A stretch of 64,000 nucleotides of DNA from Eledone cirrhosa (Eukaryota), in assembly GCA_964016885.1 (NCBI GenBank), contig OZ024742.1, positions 68,510,001-68,574,000 on the forward strand, written 5' to 3'. The notes below the pieces were generated by a model that ran no database searches, was not told where the DNA came from, and worked only from the letters and a program-made list of their open reading frames with translations. The translations under genes and the position numbers were made by a program. Below are positions 12,621 to 25,569 of this stretch, in pieces. Within the stretch, counting starts at the first letter, position 1, and each line of letters starts with the position of its first letter.

Positions 12621-14047
12621 CTTTGATCAACACCATCATTTATCTATAATTTAGTACAATAGCTAATCCTTACATATCTATTTATTTAACTGTGAATTTC
12701 TAATACATTTGTAATCTCTTTTAAATTTTAGTTTTAATACCCAATCCAAAAGTTTTTACGAAACTTATCTATAACTCCAAATTTTTAATGACTTTTTGAT
12801 CTATTATTTATAGTATAATATAGCATGTATTTCTTTCAAATATACTTACGGCACTATAAAATCTAAATTTGAGACGGATTCAAACTTATATATAAATGTG
12901 AATTTTTCGCTGTACTTTCGATCTCTTATTTATTTATTTATAATATAATCTATTATAATATATATGTAGTTATATATTGTATTTTATATATTTTTAAATA
13001 TTTTTAAATATACCTACTATAATTCTATATATATGATTCAAATATAAAGAAAATATCCAAACTAAAAATTATTATAGACATTATTTTGAACTTTATATTA
13101 TACTTGCACTCATTGTTTGTTTTTCTTATATGTATATATATATATATATATTTAAATGTAACACGTTGTTAAGAGTATAACTGTTATCATTTTCCTAAAG
13201 TATACTACATTAATAATACCTAATATATATCTATATATACACATCCCAATATCTAATAATATGTTGATATCTTGGTTGAAGAATAATTAGTGCATTTACA
13301 CCTAATCATACATATGTATAAATTTATCCGTAACATATTATTTTATTTTATTTTATTTTTATCTTCGTCAGTATTATTTACCTTAAACATACTGACTCAT
13401 TAATATATACCTATATACATAATAGTTATTAAAATGTTTATAACAATAATGTACTTCAAAAGCTTTACATACATAATATGTTGGGATATTTGTTAAAGTT
13501 TAGATTCAGGTAATTAACCAACAGTATAATATTTCATTCTTTATGTGCCAGCTAAATCCTTTAAAATGTTATTCTCACAATTCAGAAGTTTTAAAATGAT
13601 AACACACTTATCGTATTTATATAAATAATATATAAATAATTAGCAAATAATCCTGAAATCTGGAGTCTTCACCTTAATATTATAAATTAAATATTTTCAA
13701 ATATAACTGTTTAACTTTCGAAACCCCCCCCCCCCTCTCCCTACACACACACACACTTTACTTTTCCCTCCTTATAAATCTTTTTCCAGTGGCTATCACT
13801 GGCCGTTATGATTCATGAGATGTCTCCCTAATATATTTGTAGTATCATACAATTCAAAATTTTGGAACACTTACAGTATGCAACGTTTTTTCTTACTCAC
13901 ACACTCTCTAATTAATTCATTACGTTTTCGCACTTTCACACAGATATTATATAAGTAAAATTTTCTATCGGGTAATCACTACCTTGATTAAATCTTAACC
14001 ATTTAACATCTCAGGGTATGTCATGTATCATTATATTTTGTCTGATG

Positions 14048-14227
14048 GTGGGTTGGCAGTATCGGTAGAGGGTCGGACGCCATGCTTTCCAGCATAGTTA
14101 CGTCCCTTTATGATCAGAGTTCAAATCCCGCCGAGGTTGACTTTGCCTTTCATCCTTACGGGGTCGATAAAATAAAGTACCAGTAATGCACTGGGTAATT
14201 GCTGGCCTTGTGCCAAAAGTAGAAACA
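14048..14227 (+). mobile_element. Full-length OK-like tRNA SINE with 18-bp TSD
   Basis: A/B-box-like tggcagtatcggtag and gagttcaaatccc; TSD attatattttgtctgatg at 14030-14047 and 14228-14245. Confidence 0.9.
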
Positions 14228-14228
14228 A

Positions 14229-14289
14229 TTATATTTTGTCTGATGAGGACGTACTGTTGTACATCCGAAATATGTATAATAAAATGTAA
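14229..14289 (+). ncRNA. Minimal type I hammerhead ribozyme (Penelope-type)
   Basis: Stem I ttatattttgt/ataaaatgtaa; CTGATGA 14240-14246; stem II ggacgtac-tgtt-gtacatcc; GAAA 14267-14270; tatgta-TA; predicted cleavage after 14278. Confidence 0.8.
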
Positions 14290-14756
14290 TTGATCAAAAG
14301 AACATCTATTTTATTAATACTTATATTTTAATATTAATAACTCCTGAAATTTATTGTTCGTTGAGTGCTTCCAATCTACTGTAAAACTCATTCTTTGTCA
14401 TAATCATTGAATATTGTTTAACAACTTAATACTTATATATATATATATATATATATAAAGATAGAGAGGCGGAGAGAAGAGATATTGATTGGGAGAGGGG
14501 GTAGGTAGAGAGAGAATGGGGTGGGGGAAAAACACCGTCGACAAAATGCTAAATTCTGGTATATGACGGGTATATTTAGAAATATGCGTTTGCCACAGTA
14601 GGTGAATAAAAAATTATAGATATATTAATAAAAATTAATATATAAATTCCCTGCCCCTGTAATCATATAAATATTCGATACAAACAGATCAAACAGACAG
14701 ATAGATACAGAGACAAACAAACGTAAACACAAAGTGAGCTACTGAATCATTTAAAA

Positions 14757-15085
14757 CAGAGGTTCTCAAGGTGGGCCCTACCACCCCCCGGGGACACTAA
14801 GAGGGTCCAGGGGTCACTGGAGCCAAAGGGGGTAGGGGCAATAGAGATGATATAATAGTATATTAAACATCAAATAATACATGAATATAGTAAAATAATA
14901 TCTGAATATAGTAAAATAAAAAATATAAAATATTTATTTTTACATAGTATATATTATATTATTTATTATATATAAATTAACAGTTTCATTTAATATATAT
15001 TATTTACAATTTGCGTGTAAGCAGATCTCTCTGGAAATAGCGTTGGTGGGGGAAGCGGTGACCTCCAAAAGTTTGAGAACCTCTG
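14757..15085. mobile_element. hAT-Charlie-type MITE
   Basis: 13-bp TIR cagaggttctcaa / ttgagaacctctg; 8-bp TSD atttaaaa / attaaaaa. Confidence 0.85.
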
Positions 15086-16698
15086 ATTAAAAAAAAAAAA
15101 CGTTAACTATGTAGAAGTTATCTTCCTTGATTATTGTTTATTATCTCCCTTGAATTTTAATACTAATTTTATAAAACATTTGAATATTTCGCATTTTAGC
15201 AATTACTAATCACATGCAAGCACTGCTAGTTAATAATGTGAGATAAAGTTTAATCAATAGTGTGCATGTATTTATCCTGCCTAATACCTAAATATCTTAA
15301 TAAAATATCTAAATAAAATTACCAAAATCGATAAAGTGTTCGACAAAATGGTATTTGTTCGGACGTTTTATGTTTTGAGTTTAATTCCAACTAATTTCGG
15401 CTTTGCCTTTTATTACACGAAATTCTCAACTATTATTCATAGTGATCGACTGTTATAATGGTCATTTGCGTTGGGACGCACACATTTCAAGTATATAAGA
15501 GAGAGAGAGAGAGGGAGAGAGAGAAAGAATTGCTCTTGCTCCTTTCATTATAATGAAAACTTGCAATTTATGCATGTTTAAGAGAAATTTGAAATTCTTT
15601 TCCATATTATTTACAGAGTAGCCTCCCCTCGACATTTGTCTTTAGGTTGTTTCTTCCACAGGAGTGATGATTTATTAGTAAAAGGAAATATTTCGAATTA
15701 AATTATGTGTGGTAATGATTTTAAAAAATATGAAAATCATTATTATTCAGCGTTGAAGATGCCCGATTACCTAGGGGGTTACAGAAATTTCCTGAGAATG
15801 CTTAAATTTAGAGATACGTCGTGTGTACCTAGAACGAAATAACACAGAAAATTATAATGAATTTTCAAAACCCCAGAGTGTGTTGGGGAACTATGTGAGT
15901 CCTCAAAACCCACATTTTTTCTGGGTTGGGACAGGTGTCAGATATTCACAGACCACTTTTGCCTCTCACGGATTCAAACTGATAAATTAGTTGAAATCCA
16001 TTTGTATAGGTCCTGCTCGCATCCATTGTCTTGAAAAATGGAAGATTTGGTCAATGCATTCCCAGATGTGGAAAGATTGGATGGTCATAGCTGGAAGACC
16101 TTAGATCATATATACCGTGCATAAACAACAATACAAATTAATATTAATGTCATTGTTAATACATTCTTTCTAGTGAATGTGATTTACAAAAGAAAGAAAT
16201 CAATGAGAAAGAGTCAGAAAGAAAGAAAATAGAGAAAAGACATGTACAATAATGTTTCCCTCTAAAAACTTTCGCAACAACTTAGAACACTCATAGTGCG
16301 ATATCGACACTGAGGCACTGGAATAGCCAAGCACCCTCACGAGCATGAACTTCAACTTAGTTTGAACGTCGATGGGGTTACCAATGGAGGGTATTGTGCT
16401 GCAAGTGGGGGTTAATCGAACGTTTGAAACAGCATACCAAGAATAAGAGATTGCATTAAAATACAAGATAGTGCAGTAAAATGTGTAGTTATGTTCCTTT
16501 CAAATAATCTTAGAGTCGACCACACCCGATCAAGAAAGTTGACAGGAGTGAATGATCAACAGTTGCAGTTAGTTTTGATGGAGTAACATGTTTATGTGTG
16601 TTGTGTAGAAAGTTCAGTGGAGTGAGTGGTGAACAGTTGCAAATTGGCTACATTTGAGTAGCCTCTTTATGTGTGCATGTTGTGCAGAATGTGCACAT

Positions 16699-16924
16699 GG
16701 GTTAGGGTTAGGGTGGGGGTGGGGGTGGGGTGAGGATGAGGGTGAGGATGGTGGTTAGGGTGAGGGTTAGGGTTAGGGTTTGGGCTAGGGTAGGGTTAGG
16801 GTTAGGGTGAGGGTGAGGGTTAAGGTGAGGGTGAGGGTGAGGGTGAAGGTTAGGGTTAGGGTTAGGGTTAGGGTTAGGATTTGGGTTAGGGTAGGGTTAG
16901 GGTTAGGGTTAGAGTTAGGGTTAG
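16699..16924 (+). repeat. Interstitial degenerate (TTAGGG)n tract
   Basis: Mix of TTAGGG, TGAGGG and TGGGGG units. Confidence 0.9.
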
Positions 16925-17819
16925 TTTTACTGGATTAGCATTTATATATTTATTTATGTGCATGTTATGTATAAAGTTCACATGTTGCAGTTTCTTTATG
17001 CTTGAGTAACCTGTTTATACGCATATGCGTGTTATGCAGAAAGGTCACAGACGTCAATGTTCAGCAGTTGTATTGATATAGCATATTATAGATGCAGGCT
17101 TGCATGATGTGCACTAGTTTGTTTCGGGGTTTTTTGTTGTTTTTTTTTATAAAGAAAAAACAAATTTCGAAACTCAAACCAGGAATACCAAGCGGTAAAT
17201 ACCTCGACTAACGGATTTAGTTAATATTCTGATTTCAAAAGCATGTTGCAGATTAGTGGCGAGTTATATTCGCAGTCAGATTTGTTGACTGTTGGAAACA
17301 AATTTTACATATTCTTTGTCGAAATGAGTTTAAATCATCATTGAACTTGATAGCTAAAGAATGAGTGTTTGATATTTCTTTAATGGCCTAGGAATACCAG
17401 ATTTGTAACCGACTGAATCCTCCTCACAAATTTGGTTTGAGCTTAAATGTGTGTTCGTGATGCAAAGAACAATAATGAAAAATGTTAACCTGAAGAATTC
17501 ATGTGTGAACCTAGATTTAAGGTTTCGCATCCCGGTAAAAACCTATAATAAATTAATAGTTCCGTAAACCAAGTCACCAACGATGACAGAATCTTTGCTG
17601 ACAATGACTTTCCCGAACGTCTCAAACGCCATAAGCTAAAAAATACAATTTAACGATTAATTCTGGTATTTCAGTAGATTATTTCGTTCGGTTATTTGTG
17701 CATCTAGGACATGAGTAGTGAAAATGTCGCTGACTGTGGCGTCCTATATGAGGGAACTAACATTAACCTAAGGCCAAAGAGTAAGTCCTTTGGGCCTCAT
17801 CTAGTTGATTATGGGTAGT

Positions 17820-17879
17820 GCGATCGGCATGTTTCATTGTTAGGTTTAAGCGATCGGCATGTTTCATTGTTAGGTTTAA
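17820..17879. repeat. 30-bp direct tandem duplication
   Basis: gcgatcggcatgtttcattgttaggtttaa occurs twice. Confidence 0.9.
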
Positions 17880-19064
17880 CTCGGTGTAGCAAGCAAAGTG
17901 GCCTACAATTAGTCCACATGACAATCCATGAAGACCCCTGGGTTTGCCACATCGACACTCTAATGCCCAACATATATCACCCCACTACTCCAGAATACGA
18001 CGGAATATGTAAGCAACTGCTATTTGTCACAAGGAATTCATTAACTCAATCCCCAGAAAAATTGGCACTCGCAAAGGTTAGGCAACACCTTGAATATTGA
18101 ACATCAAAAAGTCTCAAACTATGTTTCGACTGTAAATTTTTGCTAGCCCTCTGACTCAATTTATTCTACTCTGGAACCGACAAACGAAGTTCACTCCACT
18201 CTAGTAAAATTTCATCTGCTCTCATCCTGAAATGAGACGATATTGCCTACCAAAGAGAAGCAACATGAATGGTACAAAGGAAGTAGGATGGAGATATGAG
18301 TGTACATTTTCGTAGGGCCAGGTCCCCAAATCGTTTGTAACCGTTGACTAGAAAGACCCCACAATCAAAGTCTCTAATCATCAACTTCGCTTTTTCCCGA
18401 AGTAGTTGGCATTCAAATCCATGTCGGAGACTGGGTGTTAGAGAGACAATATACTCGTATATTATCATTTTACTCTAGCTCAGTACCTTACAATAGTAGT
18501 GAATAGATAAATTAATTAATTAATTATCAGAGGCCAACAGGCTTCCGACACTGGGGAGAAGAAAGGAAGAAATTATCCCCATAACGGAGACCTGGCTCGA
18601 GGCGGTAAATTTAAAACGGGAGGTGGGTTAAATGTATCACTCAAAAACCCCAGAATACGAAGAACAGAAAACGTATAACTCAAGGCATCTCCGTAGGAAT
18701 GAAATATATAGCTAACTGCATCTGGACTGAATCTCAGAACGCGGAGAGTTGAAGCAAATACCATAAGGCATTTTGTCCTACACTTTAGAAGATGAGAAAG
18801 TCTTTTGGTTTTAGCTCATGCATTATATAGAAATTCAAATTAATTACGTGTATGCATGTATTTCATTTACATCATGGAAACATACCTTTAAAATAAACTA
18901 CATTATTCATTGCTGCATAGTTCAGATGCAATATTTCATCATCTTAAATTAACCAATCAAGTTTTTGTCTGATGAAATAGGTATTTCAATATCTCAAATT
19001 GTCCAGTCATAATTGGTTTGATGAAATATTTCATCATCTCAAATTGAATATAAGTATAACCGTT

Positions 19065-21395
19065 TGTATCTATTTCCTTATTTGTTTTACCAGTTCCACT
19101 AAATGATGGTATTGAAACATCAGATGATGATGCTGACTGTCACGATAGTGCTGCTGAGGAAGATTACGTGGCTGATGACGATAGCTTTGAACCTCAGAAA
19201 TTTTCCCAAACTGAACTGACCTATCCCTCTCAAAAGACAAAGCAGAACTGTTGGCGTCAAGACTGAAGGAGAAGTATCTGCTAGAGAATTTTGTTCGTAT
19301 AGCACATTTTCGGCATAGAAATGTGGTTCTACAAACGTGTGTAACGAATAGATGGAATTGTTGGTATGATGGTTTCAATGCAGAGAATAATACCAGGATT
19401 GTGTTGTTACAATGTTTATTTTATTATAACAATATTCAATTTGAATATTGAATGATAAAATCTATAACATGAAATATTCGTACAATCAGTTGATGGCTCT
19501 TCGAGCCTCGTAAATACAAATATCACAGAATACGATAATAATATAATTTGTATTGTATTTGAAAGATACAATATGACAGACAGAAATGGTGAATGTAAAA
19601 TGCAAACAGTGTGAACTTACTATGTGTGTGTGCGTATTAGTAACGTTCTTGTTTTAGCAGTTGGTAGTATTCAATCAGCCAGGCAGGAAAGGCATGTGAG
19701 AAATTAGTGGACAGACTGTTTTTCGTGAAGGGAGATTTGACAGCGTTGGTGATATACGTCCTGTCTTATCTGTGGTCTCACTTTTTCTGACGGACGTAAA
19801 CAACCCTTGTATTTATAAGGGTTGAAGTTAGAAGGATAGATATATCATCTGACCTGTGGTTAACATCTCCCAACGGGTTGGTCTGCCAGGTGTAAACAAC
19901 CTTGTATTTATAACGGTTGAATTTAGAAGGATGGATATATCATCTGACCTCTTTTCTGCTGGGTGTAAACAACCATCATCTGGCCTGTGGTTAGCATCTC
20001 CCAATGGGTTGGTCTGCCGGGCGTAAACAAACTAACCACGGCTTGTCTCAGAGGCGGGAAAGCTCAGATTCGGTTTCGAATCTTCGCCGCCGTTATACGT
20101 GTTTTTCTGTTGAAGGCTCGCTTTGCTTTTGCAGTAACATCGATGGACTTTTCAAATGTTTATCACAAAATCATGATCCTGCAGAGTGGTGTTTGTTTAT
20201 TTACTCTTCAAAACGAAGTTTAAAAACTGTACTTCTCCATAATGGTAATTTGAAGCTCTCCATTCCTATTGCACACTCCGTTCATCTTCATGAATCATAT
20301 GAGAATATGGAACTTTTACTTCATGCCATTGCCTATGAAAGGTAATCATGGAAAATATGTGGAGATTTAAAAGTCATTGGAATGTTAATGGGAATGCAGT
20401 CAGGTTTCACAAAATACTGTTGTTTCTTGTGTCTATGGGGTAGTCGGGCAACTGGCAGACATTATTCGGAATCAAACTGGCAGACAAGAACATCATACCA
20501 GCCAGGACTGTCTGGCGTCAAGAATACACCTCTTGTAGATCCATGTAATGTCTTATTGCCATCTTTGTACATAAAGCTTGGACTGATGAAACAGTTTGTA
20601 AAGACACTAGGGAAGAGAAATGCCAGAGGGTTTTAGTATATTGTAGAAAAGTTTCCTAAAATCACACAGACGAAGTTGAAAGATGGTACCTTTGCCGGAC
20701 CCCAAATTAGAGAAGTACTCAAAGATGTCAACTTCAAAACAACACTGGATGAACTGGAACTGCCTGCCTGGAATGCTTTCAATTGGATCTGTGAGAATTT
20801 CTTGGGCAACAAGAAGGCAATGGACTAAAAGGATGGCATCAAGGATCTTCTGAAATGTTACTCAGCCATGGGTTGTCGCATGTCACTGAAAGTTCACTTC
20901 TTGGACTCCAATCTGGATTTCTTCACAGATAACCTTGGAGCAGTGTCTGATGAACATGATGAAAGATTTCACCGGGACATTAGTGCTATGGAGAAACGGT
21001 ACCTAGGCTTCTGGAATGACAATATGCTGGCTGACTACTGCTGGACACTTTACCGTGAACAACCAGATCAGGAACACCGCAGGAAATCCAAATTACAATG
21101 TTTCTAACTCTGTTGTTCTAACTTTGTCTGTTTTGTCTGACACATCTTTTGTGTATTCACTCTTTGTAGAAAGATAGTGATGATTTTTAACTCAATAAAC
21201 TCATTTACTTTCTAAAAATAATACGTTAATGATTTCATATATACAAATATGTAAATATTTGCATGTATCTACTGAAAAACTGATACGTGTTGCATACTAA
21301 TGGAGTGAAATTTTGAAATCAGCATGAAAAATTAGTCTAAGAAAGTTGGTTTGCATTCATAATGAGTATAATACATTTAATTTTGTTGACCAGTA
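19065..21395 (+). mobile_element. Decayed Chapaev3 (CMC) DNA transposon, interrupted by an insertion at about 19322-20097
   Basis: KAELLASRLKEK; SSKRSLKTVLLHNGN; WKICGDLKVIGMLMGMQSGFTKYCCFLCLW; MSLKVHFLDSNLDFF..SDEHDERFHRDI..MLADYCW; 3' end ttttgttgaccagt resembles the Chapaev3 TIR. Confidence 0.8.
19322..20097 (-). mobile_element. Solo-LTR-like insertion inside the Chapaev3 transposase
   Basis: Splits the transposase frame; minus strand ends ..ccaca; TATA-like and AATAAA motifs; internal repeats at 19796-20030; no clear TSD. Confidence 0.4.
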
Positions 21396-22513
21396 TAATT
21401 AGAATACAGAATCAGGAGAGACACTGAATAAAAAAATATATATTTATACTCCTCCACTGCACATCATTCAATACACTGCGAGTTCGTGTGCGCTGTATAT
21501 ATTTGTTCTTGACCATTTCAGGTCCTCTAAAATTGGTGATATCTGGATTTTTACTGTTTCTCAAAATAATTTAAAGTTGACGTGGACATATATGGGTGAG
21601 TATACGAGGATGAGGAGAGACGGATGAGTGAGACGGGAGTACATGAGTACAAATTGTATGACACCAGCCTTCTCTGAAAAGCCACTGTAGTGACACTAGA
21701 TTTGTTGATCGCACCTAGTTCATTCGACAGCCTAAATGTATACCATGGGTCATCTTTATCAGTGACACCTGGAGCCGCAATAACAATACAAACCAACGAA
21801 GAAAACTAAAATATCTAAGTCTGATAGAAATAGCTACTAAATCTACGATATGAACAGTGTTAAATCTAGTTTAAAAACTATAAAATGGACATGTTATGAT
21901 TGATGTTAAAAATAATGTAGACTTGTGTATGATTTAATTATGAGATTCACCATTTATGTTTTGATGAAAAGGCTGTCAGAAGTGAACAGAAACAACAACC
22001 ACATGTATTCGACTAAAATGGGGTTATTTATTTCGTCAAATATGGGATTTGAAACTATGTTCAAATCTTCTGATACTTCGTGGATCTCTCAATAAGAAAA
22101 TCACGATAAAGATGAAGTAAATTTGTGAACTACAGAATGGTTGTGTGGAAATGTTTTGTATGAAAAAGAGACAGATAGGCTAATGAAGTGCGTGAAGAAT
22201 TTAGAGAGGATAAGAGATAGCCAATGGCAGGCTGTCGTAGTCAACTGGCCCGGGAGTTATAGTTACTCCCTTTACATTATTTAAAGGAATTTAGAGCTAA
22301 ATTCGAGATTGCCTGCTCTTGAAGAGCTCTCCGGTATTTTCTAAAAACTGTTTTAAAATCTGTGGAGGTAGCCATCTTTATTTATATGACAGGCTGAATG
22401 AGTTTGGGTGTATAGCCCAACGAAACTTAAGTACCTGTTTGTGTCACTGTTGTAACATATATATATATATAAGGTTTCACAACCCGAGAATTGCCCGAAA
22501 AACCGAAGTTTTT

Positions 22514-22564
22514 GCTGTCTGAAGAAATCACGATATCTATCGCCATGGAAATATGTATAACGGC
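22514..22564 (+). ncRNA. Minimal type I hammerhead motif with degenerate stem II
   Basis: Stem I gctgt/acggc; CTGAAGA; GAAA-tatgta-TA identical to the 14229 motif; lies in a segment bounded by (TA)n. Confidence 0.65.
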
Positions 22565-22784
22565 TCAATTAATAAAGGACTCTAGCATTTTCAACTTCGC
22601 ATTTTCCTCTTTATATATATATATACATTTATATATATGGAAGAAATCGGTTGTTCAGCCCTGGAGTAGTATAGGTTCCGCGAGATTGAAAATTCCCGGG
22701 ACACGCCGAATGTCAGGACGGAGCCTCTGTGACTCCATCGGAGGTTAAGAGACCTTTACTTACTTTATTACTATATGTATTAGA

Positions 22785-23040
22785 TGGTTGTGACTTGGGG
22801 TTAGGAATGTTGATAAGGTCATGAGATCAATGTTTGGTCAAGTGACGAGTTGTGTCTTTGAACAAAGCACTTCATTCCACGTTGCTCCAATTTACGCAAC
22901 TGGAACTGAATTCCAGCTGCATCAGCTGGGAAGTTAACTTTGCGAAGGCGTGGCGTCCCATCCAAGAGAAGTGGTCTGGTACTCTTAGTCGCTTAATGCC
23001 ACATGAAACAGGGATAAATCATGGCTTGGTGATCTTCCAG
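22785..23040 (+). mobile_element. Degenerate CORE-like SINE
   Basis: gttgtgtctttgaacaaagcacttcattccacgttgctcca matches other copies in the window. Confidence 0.55.
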
Positions 23041-23544
23041 CCTTGAAACATTTTTTTCTCCATGCATTGAGTTTTTTTGTTTTTTTCTTCCAAGCTTGCC
23101 CAACATTTTCCTCACAGTTTGCCACAGTCATATACTCAACCGACCCATTCACATGCACACGCACACACACGCACACACTCACACACCGATCAATAGATTA
23201 TAATAACGATGTGCGAACTTTGTACTAAATACTAAAACAATAATGAATTGTTTTATCAAAGAAATAACTGTTTCCACGTCAGCAGAAACTACGTTGTCAA
23301 AGAACACATACACACAGACTGACACACAAACATTCACACACACTGACACACAAACATACACACACACACTGACACACAAACATTCACACACACTGACACA
23401 CAAACATACACACACACACACTGACACACAAACATACACACACACAAACATACACACACACAACCATACACACACAAACATACACACGCAGAGACATACA
23501 CACATGCACACACACACACACCCATACACCTTCACTGACACCGA

Positions 23545-23607
<63 letters not shown>

Positions 23608-23760
23608 ACACACACACACAACCAGCCACGCACGCACACCTCAAAGCATCACCTGATTACCCACACCAGGATATTGTGATCAGTGACCTCCATTCATAAC
23701 AAACCAAAAGGTCAAATGTATACTAAATACACATGCACAGTGACACTCACACTCAACTCC

Positions 23761-23808
<48 letters not shown>

Positions 23809-24554
23809 GTATATATATATATGTATATATATACATATATATATTTGTGTGGGCGTGTGTATGTTTGTATTTGTGTGTGGGAGTGTGGGAGTGTATTTGT
23901 GTGTGCGTATATATATATATGTGTGTGTGGGGGGTACATATGAGTGTAAATGTCTTTCGTAAAAGTTTAATTGTCAGAAATAATACAGCTTAGTTTATAA
24001 CTTGGAGGTGGGACGATACTATACTAAAACGTTATCTATAATTTCAGTTTAGCATTTTCGTCTTTCTCTAGACTTATTAGGATAAACCCCGTACTGTCGA
24101 GCTCCTCCGCAAGATCGGAACGTCAACAGCCCATCTGAGGAAGGAGCCCTGTGAAGTGGGGTGACTGTTGCAACGTGTGTCGCTGGCCATTGTCCACGGA
24201 AATGCCTTTTAGTTTTGTCCGCGGGGTGCAGCCAAAACACCGCCGCGCCCAAGGCCCAGAACCCATCACCATCCTCCCTTCCCTCTCTTTTTCTTCTGTG
24301 ACCCTAGAGTCCTTGCTTTTTCCCACCCTTTACTCTCATTTATGGAATTTATAGTCCTTTCCTCTACTTTCCTATGCAGCCAGATCTGCCCTTCTTTTTC
24401 TCGTTGCTAAATGAATTTAGTTCTTGATGAGTCCCGTGAAAGACGAAAGCACTAGATTCAAAATATAGACTGCGTTTCCTTTCTTTACCCAAGTGAATTA
24501 TACATATATATAAAAAACATGTACAAAAAACTGTCGTTTTACTGGCATTCAATT

Positions 24555-25290
24555 CACAATATCCTTATCCTCAGTTCGCTGCTCCTCCCACCTACCATTC
24601 GCTCAACCCTCAGGTTCAGACTACGCCAGCTAGAATCCATGACGGGTAGACTGAGCCTGATTGACGCCCACCCGATACACTTTCTGTTGAAGAACTGCTT
24701 CGCCATGCCGAAGCTCTTATACACCTTCCACAGTTCCCCCTGCTCCAACCAAGCATTTCTCCTCACAGATCTCGACGTCTGCATCCAACAGGTTACTGAG
24801 GAGTTATGCAACGTCAAGTTTGACGACACCGTATGGCATAAGGCCACCTTACCCCTCAAATATAGCGGTCTCAGGTCTCCTGTGTTACTGGCCATGCCTG
24901 CTTTCCTTTCGTCGGTGACCTCTTGCAATGTTCTCATCAACAGTGCTCTCCATAACACAACTGAACCTTCTGTGATCGAGGAGCGCGGGGCGGCCTACGT
25001 GACATGGAATCAGTTCGGCATCCACCCTGTGAACGTCCATCCCCCTCTCCCCTCCGTAGTCGTCCAAATATCGACCCCTCTGACAGATTTGTGGTAGAGC
25101 CTGTAGCAATTGAGATTTCTAGCGTTCATGGCCCCCGGACCACATCCCTACTCACTGCTATCGGAGCACAGTTGGCCGCCCGTGGATGAGAGCCCCACAA
25201 GGTAGAATGGCTGTTCCAGCGGATCTCCCTCGCCGTTGTATTCTCCGGCGCAATGTATTCTTCATCCTGTCGGCCGGACCCAAAGGGTAA
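24555..25290 (+). mobile_element. CRE-clade-like non-LTR retrotransposon remnant (post-RT region and RLE C-terminus)
   Basis: LLKNCFAMPKLLY, ATLPLKYSGLR..LAMPAFLSS, PVAIE..VHGP..LL..IG, WLFQRISLAV. Confidence 0.65.
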
Positions 25291-25569
25291 GTTAGTTGGA
25301 GGTGGAGGATACTCGTTCGGATATCACAAACAAAACTGAAACTGTGGTCAAGGCCTGCCATACTATCTTTTTAAGAAGTTGGATGGATTTAATAATATAA
25401 CTATCTGCTTTTTTGTCTGCCATAAATAGTTGGGATTCGTTTATCCGGTAGATATCGTCATTTTGAAGATGATGGGATAGTATTTAAGGTAGATTTAGCT
25501 GCAATTTCTTACAGGGTGAAAGGCTATGTAGAGGCATCTTTGCTTGTTCGTGTGTCACAGTGATGGTAA

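Noticed and set aside
16699-16924. True chromosome end
   Set aside because: The tract is short, degenerate and internal to the window.
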